In this document: positions 51,545-59,698 of the stretch, one piece after another
Numbering within the stretch: the stretch's first letter is position 1
Layout of the letters: each line of letters begins with the position of its first letter
NCBI RefSeq assembly: GCF_016446395.1
Contig: NZ_CP051168.1
Coordinates: 3,621,579 to 3,685,578, forward strand
Reading direction: 5' to 3'
DNA length: 64,000 nucleotides
Source of the DNA: [Phormidium] sp. ETS-05
GTDB taxonomy: Bacteria > Cyanobacteriota > Cyanobacteriia > Cyanobacteriales > Laspinemataceae
Program-made: the position numbers and the translations under genes
The notes under the pieces: generated by a model
Told to the model about the DNA's origin: nothing
Seen by the model: the letters and a program-made list of their open reading frames with translations, nothing else
Databases searched by the model: none

Positions 51545-51916
51545 ATGTCAACCAAAATTACTGTGAGGGGAATTTCCACGAACCTGCTGGGGTGGGCAAT
51601 GCCGATCGCCACGGCTGCAGTTGCAGGGCTGGTAATATCTCCCCTGCTCACACCCGGGAGAGCCGATGCAGCCACCAGTGTGGGCGCGATCAGCAGCGCC
51701 TCTGGAACCGTATGGGTTAAACCCAGCAACTCCAGCCAATATTATGCCGCCCCTGTAGGCACCACATTATATGTTGGGGATTTGATTTGGCCCGACGCCG
51801 GGAGCGAAGTGATTCTGGAATGCAGCAGTGGGAAAAAATTGCGCGTTCCCAGCGGTGTTCCCTCCGGGGTCACGAATATTTGTCCCCTACCCCAGTCTGA
51901 GGACACTGGGATTTAA
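51545..51916 (+). CDS. Small secreted FecR-like domain protein, paralogous to the N-terminal domain of the ORF at 46828-47916.
   Basis: Signal peptide LLGWAMPIATAAVAGLVISPLLTPGRADA. GTVWVKPSNSSQYYAAPVGTTLYVGDLIWPDAGSEVILECSSGKKLRVPSGVPSGVTNICP aligns with the paralogue. Confidence 0.45.
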   Translation: MSTKITVRGISTNLLGWAMPIATAAVAGLVISPLLTPGRADAATSVGAISSASGTVWVKPSNSSQYYAAPVGTTLYVGDLIWPDAGSEVILECSSGKKLRVPSGVPSGVTNICPLPQSEDTGI

Positions 51917-52066
51917 ATTGTCTGTTATCGCGGAAATTCTCTGTGGTCATACTTCGCCCCTACAGATTGACACCCTACTGGCTAGCCAGAAATAGCGCTC
52001 CAGAAACCGGGTTTCTTTCACCCTGCGACTAGCCAGAAGGTTTCTTTCCCTTGCCCATATTGTTGA

Positions 52067-52363
52067 TTAGCGGCGCAGCACCGAACTGATAATTATTGTA
52101 ATCGTCGCACTAGCAATCAGAGTAAAAGCCAGTTGCACCACCCACGGCATTGCTTGCTGGTAGTTGGCAAAGCGATCGTTAAACTTCTCCGAGTCTCTTG
52201 ACAGCTTGTCAACTTCGGTGGTCAGCTTGTCAACTTCGGTGGTCAGCTTGTCAACATCAGTCGATAGCTCATCTAACTTTTCTATGACATCCGCTAAGGT
52301 TGGTTCTTGATTGGCTGTCCTGGTCATCTGTGTACCTTTCCCTCGATAATTGTATTTGACCAT
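52067..52363 (-). CDS. Small coiled-coil protein with a C-terminal TM helix (XhlA/holin-accessory-like topology).
   Basis: (VDKLTTE)x3 heptad repeats, then the hydrophobic C-terminus WVVQLAFTLIASATITIIISSVL. Confidence 0.35.
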   Translation of the reverse strand: MVKYNYRGKGTQMTRTANQEPTLADVIEKLDELSTDVDKLTTEVDKLTTEVDKLSRDSEKFNDRFANYQQAMPWVVQLAFTLIASATITIIISSVLRR

Positions 52364-52508
52364 ATAATTCGAAAAGTTGCCAATATTTTTTTACCTTTGT
52401 CGATTTTTCAAAAAGTAGAAAATTTTATTTTTGCTTAATTTTAAAAATCCCAAACACAAGCGATAATTAAATTAGGTAAAAACTCCGACCTTTAAAGAGG
52501 AGGACAAT

Positions 52509-52952
52509 ATGTCAAGTCAAAACGATAAAGAAATGGGAAAAGTTTTCGCCAGTATGACGATCGTTAACCGAGCTGACCAAATTTTGGCAGAAGCGGGGGT
52601 GATACCAGAAGACCAAATCCGATCACTCCACCTCAAAAACGTCCTAGTGGATACCGGAGCAACCACCTTGTGTTTGCCACCAGAGTTAATTAGCAAGCTG
52701 GGACTAAAAATCCTCAAAGAGGTAGATGTAGCCACAGCAATGGGCATTGGCAAAGCCCGCATTTTCCGAGATGCCTCCATCTTGATATCTGACCGAGAAG
52801 GAACCTTCGAGTGTTTGGAGCTACCGGGGGGTAGCGAACCGCTACTGGGAGTAATTCCTTTAGAATCTTTGGGCTTAGAAGTAGATTTGCAAAATCAAAC
52901 CTTAAAGCTCTTGCCCATCAGTCCCACCGAAACCTATTTGACGATTTTGTAG
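52509..52952 (+). CDS. Retropepsin-like (clan AA) aspartic protease, copy 1 of a tandem triplication.
   Basis: The catalytic NVLVDTGATTLCLPPELISKLGL (D-T-G-A) motif and a 147-aa size are typical of bacterial retropepsin-like proteases. Confidence 0.7.
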   Translation: MSSQNDKEMGKVFASMTIVNRADQILAEAGVIPEDQIRSLHLKNVLVDTGATTLCLPPELISKLGLKILKEVDVATAMGIGKARIFRDASILISDREGTFECLELPGGSEPLLGVIPLESLGLEVDLQNQTLKLLPISPTETYLTIL

Positions 52953-53112
52953 GGAAAAATTTCTAGGAGAGCCGTAGTAGGGTGGGCAATGCCTGACGGA
53001 TAATTTTTTTATAACCATTGTTCTATAGTTAGCACTGCCCACCCTACAGAACTCCCATTATTAGCTATAATTAAATTAGGTAAAAACTCCGACCTTTAAA
53101 GAGGAGGACAAT

Positions 53113-53556
53113 ATGTCAAGTCAAAACGATAAAGAAATGGGAAAAGTTTTCGCCAGTCTAACCATCGTTAACCGAGCCGACCAAATTCGCGCCGAGGATG
53201 GGACAATCCCCCTAGACCAAATCCGATCGCTCCACCTCAAAAACGTCCTAGTGGATACCGGAGCAACCACCTTGTGTTTGCCACCAGAGTTAATTAGCAA
53301 GCTGGGACTAAAAATCCTCAAAGAGGTAGATGTAGCCACAGCAATGGGCATTGGCAAAGCCCGCATTTTCCAAGATGCCAAAATCTCCATATATGACCGA
53401 GAAGGCACTTTCGAGTGTTTGGAGTTACCGGGGGGTAGCGAACCGCTACTGGGAGTAATTCCTTTAGAATCTTTGGGCTTAGAGGTAGATTTGCAAAATC
53501 AAACCTTAAAGCTCTTGCCCATCAGTCCCACCGAAACCTATTTGACGATTTTGTAG
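53113..53556 (+). CDS. Retropepsin-like aspartic protease, copy 2.
   Basis: About 90% identical to copy 1 and has the same DTGA motif. Variable patches IRAEDGTIPLDQ and QDAKISIYD. Confidence 0.7.
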   Translation: MSSQNDKEMGKVFASLTIVNRADQIRAEDGTIPLDQIRSLHLKNVLVDTGATTLCLPPELISKLGLKILKEVDVATAMGIGKARIFQDAKISIYDREGTFECLELPGGSEPLLGVIPLESLGLEVDLQNQTLKLLPISPTETYLTIL

Positions 53557-53717
53557 GGAAAAATTTCTAGGAGAGCCGTAGTAGGGTGGGCAATGCCTGA
53601 CGGATAATTTTTTTTATGACCATTGTTCTATAGTTAGCACTGCCCACCCGACAGAACTCTAAACACAAGCTATAATTAAATTAGGTAAAAACTCCGACCT
53701 TTAAAGAGGAGGACAAT

Positions 53718-54159
53718 ATGTCAAGTCAAAACGATAAAGAAATGGGAAAAGTTTTCGCCAGTCTAACCATCGTTAACCGAGCCGACCAAATTTTGGCAGA
53801 AGCGGGGGTGATACCAGAAGACCAAATCCGATCGCTCCACCTCAAAAACGTCCTAGTGGATACCGGAGCAACCACCTTGTGTTTGCCACCAGAGTTAATT
53901 AGCAAGCTGGGACTAAAAATCCTCAAAGAGGTAGATGTAGCCACAGCAATGGGCATTGGCAAAGCCCGCATTTTCCAAGATGCCAAAATCTCCATATCTG
54001 ACCGAGAAGGCACTTTCGAGTGTTTGAGTTACCGGGGGTAGCGAACCGCTACTGGGAGTAATTCCTTTAGAATCTTTGGGCTTAGAGGTAGATTTGCAAA
54101 ATCAAACCTTAAAGCTCTTGCCCATCAGTCCCACGGAAACCTATTTGACGATTTTGTAG
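53718..54159 (+). CDS. Retropepsin-like aspartic protease, copy 3. It is a mosaic of copies 1 and 2 and is frameshifted near 54025-54040.
   Basis: The N-terminal part equals copy 1 (ILAEAGVIPEDQ) and the middle equals copy 2 (QDAKISI). Two single-G losses (gtttggag to gtttgag; ccgggggg to ccggggg) truncate the ORF at FECLSYRG*. The downstream sequence still encodes the conserved C-terminus out of frame. Confidence 0.5.
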
Positions 54160-54418
54160 GGAAAAATTTCTAGGAGAGCCGTAGTAGGGTGGGCAGTGCC
54201 TGACGGATAATTCTTTTTATAACTATTGTTCTGTAGGGGCGAATGGCCATTCGCCCCTACAGCCCACCCTACAGAACTACCCAGAAACCTTCGGCAACCA
54301 ATATTTCGGTTTTGATGCAGAGATGGTCGCCGCAGGTTTCTTGACTTTAATTTTTGTAAATTAATTAAAAAAATCGCCAATCCATGCTATCATAGAATCA
54401 ACTCCAGGATAATTTGGT

Positions 54419-54745
54419 ATGAATCAACCGAATCAAATCCCCGAAATTATGAAAAAAACCAGCCAGGAAATCAAGAAAATTTATGGCGATCGATTAGACA
54501 GAATTATTTTATTTGGCTCCCAAGCTAGAGGCGATGCTAGACCCGACTCAGATATTGATGTTATGATTGTCTTGAAAAATAATTTCAATTATTTTCAAGA
54601 AAGCCAGCGCATCAGTGAGCCGATCGCGGACTTATGTTTAGAGTATAATGTTTTAATTAGCTGTGCCTTTGCCACCCGCGAACAATTTCAACAGCGCAAC
54701 ACCGGATTCTTCCGCAACATCCGCCGCGAAGGAGTTGCTCTATGA
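54419..54745 (+). CDS. mntA: Nucleotidyltransferase (MNT) antitoxin of a HEPN/MNT pair.
   Basis: GSQARGDARPDSDIDVMIV is the minimal nucleotidyltransferase motif. It overlaps the downstream HEPN gene by 4 nt. Confidence 0.85.
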   Translation: MNQPNQIPEIMKKTSQEIKKIYGDRLDRIILFGSQARGDARPDSDIDVMIVLKNNFNYFQESQRISEPIADLCLEYNVLISCAFATREQFQQRNTGFFRNIRREGVAL

Positions 54746-55137
54746 CTCCCGAACAACAAATCCTGTTAGATAAAGCAGCCAGAAGCCTGCAAGCTGCCCG
54801 GGAGCTAAACCAGACAGGTTTTGCCGAATTTGCCGCCTCCCGCGCCTACTACGCCATGTTTTATGTAGCCACAGCATTTCTCGAAGGAGAAGGACTATCC
54901 TATGCTCGACATTCAGCCGTTATTTCTGCTTTTGGTCAACAATTTACTAAAACTGGAAGAATTCCTGTTAAATATCACCGTTACCTCATTGATGCCGAAA
55001 GAAATCGTTTAAGTGCTGATTACGATTTAGAACCGAATATAACCACAGCAGAAGCCGAGCAGATAATATCTTATGCCGACGAAATATTAAATTTTGCCCG
55101 CGCTAATATGGATTCTCTTCCTCCCCCCTCTCCTTAA
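54742..55137 (+). CDS. hepT: HEPN-domain toxin of the HEPN/MNT module.
   Basis: 131 aa. HEPN-type helices SRAYYAMFYVATAFLEGEGLSYARHSAVISAF. The ATGA start overlaps the MNT stop. Confidence 0.8.
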   Translation: MTPEQQILLDKAARSLQAARELNQTGFAEFAASRAYYAMFYVATAFLEGEGLSYARHSAVISAFGQQFTKTGRIPVKYHRYLIDAERNRLSADYDLEPNITTAEAEQIISYADEILNFARANMDSLPPPSP

Positions 55138-55665
55138 CCATAGATTATATCAAGTCCTACTGCGTCGTTTGTGAATATTTGCCATAGGGGGAGGAGGGGG
55201 AAGAGGGGGAAGAGCAGAGGTAAAATAACCCCCCCAAAGGGGGTTTGATTCATGTAGCCACAGGTTTTAACCTGTGGCGTCAGAGGGCGTTGCCCCGCCC
55301 GACCTAATTCCGATCGCCACCGCATTCCGCCACTATCAAAGCCCCTCTCCCTACCGCCGGTGTGGGGTTTGGGGTGAGGGCAAGAGCTGATTTTTCGCCC
55401 GAGGGCAACTATTCACATGACGATGCGAACAGACTTGATATTACTCTTTTTCCCGCAACTACCCAGAAACCTTCTTCACCAAGATTTCGGTCCAGATGCA
55501 GAGCCGATCGCCCCCACCCCATGAACCGCAAAAGGTCCCCCGCCCCATCCCCCCATCAACACCCCCCAGCAGTCCTATGCCCAAATTTCAGGCACTACGG
55601 TGAGGATTGACAAGTAAAAAGGCTACAATTAAAGATAGGAAAGCTGAAATTTACGGGTAATTGGC

Positions 55666-57354
55666 TTGAATTCTGTGGAATCGCCGGACAACGCCTCAAA
55701 ACCAAACTTTGAATTTGACTCGATCGACACCGCTCTCGCTGCCATCAAAGCAGGGCGACCCATCATCGTGGTGGACGATGAGAACCGGGAAAATGAAGGG
55801 GACCTCATTTGCGCCGCTCAGTTTGCCACCCCCGACACCATCAACTTCATGGCAGTGCATGCCAGAGGTCTAATTTGTCTGGCCATGACAGGCGATCGCC
55901 TCGACAGCCTCGACCTCCCCTTAATGGTCACAAACAACACCGACAGCAACCAAACCGCGTTCACCGTCAGCATCGATGCCGGACCTCATTTGGGCGTCAC
56001 CACCGGCATTTCCGCAGACGATCGGGCCCGCACCATCCAAACCGCCATTCATCCCAACACCAAACCCACCGACCTACGCCGTCCCGGTCATATCTTCCCC
56101 CTCCGCGCCCGAGATGGTGGGGTATTAAAACGCGCCGGTCACACCGAAGCCGCCGTGGACCTCACCAGACTCGCCGGTTTATACCCCGCTGGAGTCATCT
56201 GCGAAATCCAAAACCCCGACGGCTCAATGGCGCGGCTACCCGAACTCATAGAATATTCCCAAACACACCACCTCGCCATCATCAGCATCGCCGATTTAAT
56301 CGCCTACCGACTGCAACACGAGCGATTCGTCATCCGCGAAACCGTCGCCAACCTCCCCACCGAATTTGGCCAATTCAAAATCTACGCCTATCGCAACACC
56401 CTAGACGGCTCCGACCATATAGCCATTGTCAAAGGAGACCCCGCCGACTTTTACAACCAACCCATCATGGTGCGGGTCCATTCCGAATGTCTCACCGGCG
56501 ACGCCTTGGGCTCCCTGCGCTGTGACTGCCGGATGCAGCTCCAAGCCGCCATGAAAATGATAGAAAACAAAGGTCAAGGAGTAGTGGTCTATCTGCGCCA
56601 AGAAGGACGCGGTATCGGCTTGATTAACAAACTCAAAGCCTACTCCCTGCAAGATTCCGGTCTCGACACCGTAGAAGCCAACGAACGCCTCGGCTTTCCC
56701 GCCGACCTGCGCAACTACGGCGTCGGTGCCCAAATTCTCAACGATTTACGAGTTAACAAAATCCGCCTCGTCACCAACAACCCCCGCAAAATCGCCGGGT
56801 TAAAAGGCTATGGATTGGAAATAGTCGATCGCGTCCCCCTACTCATCGAGACCAACCCCTACAACTGCAGCTATCTCGCCACCAAAGCCGAAAAACTCGG
56901 TCATATGCTCCTGCAGACCTATCTCATCACCGTCGCCCTCCATTGGACTGAAGAAGAACTCACACCCCAGCAGACATATGAATATCTAGAGAAAGTCCGG
57001 TCCATAGCCGCCGAAGAACATTTACTCCTCCAAGAAGAAAAACGACCAGTCACAGTAGCCGTATTCGGCAAACCCACCCTCACCTTTCACCTAGGCTTCG
57101 ACCAACCCCAACTAGCCGCCCCCGACTGGTATCAACAACCAGACCATCCCTACCTCCAGGCGATCGGTCAAATACTCGACGAACTAGCCACCTGGCCGGG
57201 ACTCGACTGCCTAGAATTTCTAGTATCATCAGGCAGCGACCCCCTCACCAGCCTAGGAGTGCAACTCAACCGCATCACCTTCCCCCGCACCAAACCCCCA
57301 TCCACCCTCAGCGGCGAACTCAACCACCAGATAGTCTATAGTTTCAGCAATTAA
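55666..57354 (+). CDS. ribBA: Bifunctional DHBP synthase / GTP cyclohydrolase II (RibBA) with an approximately 160-aa C-terminal extension.
   Basis: RENEGDLICAAQF (RibB) and HSECLTGDALGSLRCDCRMQ ... RNYGVGAQIL (RibA). 562 aa against about 400 aa typical. Starts at a TTG/GTG. Confidence 0.9.
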   Translation: MNSVESPDNASKPNFEFDSIDTALAAIKAGRPIIVVDDENRENEGDLICAAQFATPDTINFMAVHARGLICLAMTGDRLDSLDLPLMVTNNTDSNQTAFTVSIDAGPHLGVTTGISADDRARTIQTAIHPNTKPTDLRRPGHIFPLRARDGGVLKRAGHTEAAVDLTRLAGLYPAGVICEIQNPDGSMARLPELIEYSQTHHLAIISIADLIAYRLQHERFVIRETVANLPTEFGQFKIYAYRNTLDGSDHIAIVKGDPADFYNQPIMVRVHSECLTGDALGSLRCDCRMQLQAAMKMIENKGQGVVVYLRQEGRGIGLINKLKAYSLQDSGLDTVEANERLGFPADLRNYGVGAQILNDLRVNKIRLVTNNPRKIAGLKGYGLEIVDRVPLLIETNPYNCSYLATKAEKLGHMLLQTYLITVALHWTEEELTPQQTYEYLEKVRSIAAEEHLLLQEEKRPVTVAVFGKPTLTFHLGFDQPQLAAPDWYQQPDHPYLQAIGQILDELATWPGLDCLEFLVSSGSDPLTSLGVQLNRITFPRTKPPSTLSGELNHQIVYSFSN

Positions 57355-57360
57355 TGTCCT

Positions 57361-57700
57361 ACTCCCCTCTCCCTACCTGGGAGAGGGGATGGGGGTGAGG
57401 GCTTTAGAGGCTTCAGTGTGGTGATAAAGCCAGCCCTCTATCCCCCAACCCCTTTCTCCCAGGGGGGGAGAAAGGGGCTAAAGCCCTCTCCCGTTTTCTC
57501 CCCTCTCCCTACTTGGGAGAGGGGCCGGGGGTGAGGGCTTTAGAGGCTTCAGTGTGGTGATAAAGCCAGCCCTCTATCCCCCAACCCCTTTCTCCCAGGG
57601 GGGGAGAAAGGGGCTAAAGCCCTCTCCCGTTTTCTCCCCTCTCCCTACCTGGGAGAGGGGATGGGGGTGAGGGCAGATTTGCGGTGAGGGTCTGCACCAA
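57361..57700. repeat. Approximately 140-bp unit repeated about 2.3 times, containing the CCCTCTCCC-N-GGGAGAGGG and CCCCTTTCTCCC-GGGGGGGAGAAAGGGG palindromes.
   Basis: Read directly. Unit starts near 57361, 57502 and 57640. Confidence 0.8.
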
Positions 57701-57760
57701 ATCGAGCCCCTCTCATACGATATAATAGAAAACTGCCTTGAATCACCAAGAGGAAAAACC

Positions 57761-57997
57761 ATGTCCCGTAGATGCCAACTCACCGACAAAAAAGCCAATA
57801 ACGGCATGTCCGTTTCCCACTCCCACCGCCGCACCCACAAACTGCAACAAGCCAACCTGCAGTGGAAACGCATCTGGTGGCCCCAAGAAAAGCGCTGGGT
57901 AAAACTCCACCTCTCCACCAAAGCCATCAAAACCATTCAGCAGAAAGGCTTACAAGCATACGCCAAAGAATGCGGCGTCAACCTGCATCAATTCTAG
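57761..57997 (+). CDS. rpmB: 50S ribosomal protein L28.
   Basis: [59 protein letters not shown] is canonical L28. Confidence 0.9.
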   Translation: MSRRCQLTDKKANNGMSVSHSHRRTHKLQQANLQWKRIWWPQEKRWVKLHLSTKAIKTIQQKGLQAYAKECGVNLHQF

Positions 57998-58023
57998 GAA
58001 CCATTTAACCGTAGGGACACGGC

Positions 58024-58260
58024 ATGCCGTGTCCCCCTGCACCCCCCGACAGGGGACCAGGGGACGGGGAGACGGGGGGCAGGGGGGATGGGGAGGATAG
58101 GGAGGATAGGGAGGATAGGGAGGAAGATTGCTTCCCACACTCCCCACACTCCCCACACTCCCCACACTCCCCACACTCCCCACACTCCCCACACTCCCCA
58201 CACTCCCCACACTCCCCACACTCCCCTGCACCCCGGTCCCCCGCCTCCCCGTCCCCCCGT
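58024..58260. repeat. Mixed short tandem repeats: (GGGGACN)n, (GGGAGGATA)x3, (CTCCCCACA)x10, then the reverse-complement G/C-rich arm.
   Basis: Read directly, between rpmB and the DUF433 gene. Confidence 0.8.
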
Positions 58261-58280
58261 CCCCATCACCTCCAAAAGAT

Positions 58281-58517
58281 ATGGAAAATACCCTTGGGCA
58301 GAGAATTACCCTAGATGCAGATATTTGTCACGGAAAACCCTGTATCCGGGGACTGCGTTACCCAGTAGAGTTCATCCTAGAATTACTTAGTGCCGGGATG
58401 AACATAGAAGACATCCTCGCCGACTATGAAGACTTGGAAAGAGAGGATATTCTAGCAGCTTTGGTGTTTGCCACTCGGCTGACCCAGGTAAAAAGCATCT
58501 ATAAAATAGCTCCATGA
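58281..58517 (+). CDS. DUF433-family small protein (putative antitoxin).
   Basis: MENTLGQRITLDADICHGKPCIRGLRYPVEFILELLSAGMNIEDILADY matches DUF433. The listed ORF's N-terminal extension is a translated LPT repeat artefact. It overlaps the next gene by 4 nt. Confidence 0.7.
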   Translation: MENTLGQRITLDADICHGKPCIRGLRYPVEFILELLSAGMNIEDILADYEDLEREDILAALVFATRLTQVKSIYKIAP

Positions 58518-58867
58518 AATTTTTAGTCGATGCCCAGTTACCCTTACGGCTAGCACGTTTTTTGCAACTTTCCGGTTACGATACCCTCCATACCAAAGAT
58601 TTGAAACTGGGAAACTCAACCCCAGATTCAGCAATTAATGATATTTCCCTGCAGGAAAACCGGATTGTCATTACAAAAGACCGGGATTTCTATGATTCGT
58701 TTTTGATTAAAAACGAACCTTATAAACTGTTAATCGTGACTACCGGCAACATCACCAATGCTGATCTAGAAAATTTATTTAAAAACAATTTACCCCAGCT
58801 AACGGAACTATTCCAGGTGCATTCTCTGATAGAAATGAGCCGCCATACCCTGGTGGTACATCAGTAG
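58514..58867 (+). CDS. DUF5615 / Mut7-C-like PIN-fold protein (putative toxin).
   Basis: MKFLVDAQLPLRLARFL...ITKDRDF pattern of DUF5615 PIN-like proteins. Operonic with DUF433. Confidence 0.65.
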   Translation: MKFLVDAQLPLRLARFLQLSGYDTLHTKDLKLGNSTPDSAINDISLQENRIVITKDRDFYDSFLIKNEPYKLLIVTTGNITNADLENLFKNNLPQLTELFQVHSLIEMSRHTLVVHQ

Positions 58868-58889
58868 ATTGACTCCTGGTGGCTGACAG

Positions 58890-59340
58890 GTCCCCCCATC
58901 ACCCCGTCTCCGGAGTCTTACCCTCTCCCCACCTGGGAGAGGGGTTGGGGGTGAGGGCTTTCTGGGTCAGATAAGGTCCCCCCATCACCCCGTCTCCGGA
59001 GTCTTACCCTCTCCCCACCTGGGAGAGGGGTTGGGGTGAGGGCTTTCTGGGTCAGATAAGGCCCCCCATCACCCCGTCTCCGGAGTCTTACCCTCTCCCC
59101 ACCTGGGAGAGGGGTTGGGGGTGAGGGCTTTCTGGGTCAGATAAGGTCCCCCCATCACCCCGTCTCCGGAGTCTTACCCTCTCCCCACCTGGGAGAGGGG
59201 TTGGGGGTGAGGGCTTTCTGGGTCAGATAAGGTCCCCCCATCACCCCGTCTCCGGAGTCTTACCCTCTCCCCACCTGGGAGAGGGGTTGGGGGTGAGGGC
59301 TTTCTGGGTCAGATAAGGTCCCCCCATCACCCCGTCTCCC
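58890..59340. repeat. Five tandem copies of an approximately 84-bp unit (CCCTCTCCCCACCTGGGAGAGGGGTTGGGGGTGAGGGCTTTCTGGGTCAGATAAGGTCCCCCCATCACCCCGTCTCCGGAGTCTTA).
   Basis: Read directly. The core palindrome begins at about 58921, 59005, 59085, 59169 and 59253. Confidence 0.85.
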
Positions 59341-59698
59341 CAAGGGGTGATATGTTTCCCAGAGAAAATGGGTATCATAAAAATAGACCTCATCCCCACC
59401 CACATATCAGCCGTAAAATCACGGACACAAAAATTAACATAAATTAATTTCCACCTGGGGTAATCACGGTTGACGTTCAGGCGGGGAAAGGTTAGGAAGG
59501 TAAAAGGGAAGATGCGTGGATCTGCCATTCGGGCTGCCTCCTATGCCTAAAATGCTGCCATCGCTGAAACACTTAAATTATACAAATAATGCTCAAGCAG
59601 CATACTTCATATAAATAAAAACACCAAAAGCGAAGCCAGCAGCTAATTTCACCCTTTTTCCCAACCTAGGTTGATGCCATTCACTCAGGAAAGCAGCT

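Noticed and set aside
55809-56733. Overlapping ORFs (238 aa +, 110 aa -) within ribBA.
   Set aside because: The Arg/Pro/His-rich translation is typical of off-frame reading of GC-rich coding sequence. The ribBA frame carries all conserved motifs.
57950-58275. Minus-strand ORFs encoding (GSV)n / (WGV)n repeats.
   Set aside because: They are translations of the CTCCCCACA nonamer array. There is no start context, and the sequence is intergenic repeat DNA.
59241-59528. 95-aa minus-strand ORF overlapping the 84-bp tandem repeat.
   Set aside because: It starts inside repeat DNA and has no conserved features. The region is better explained as non-coding repeats.
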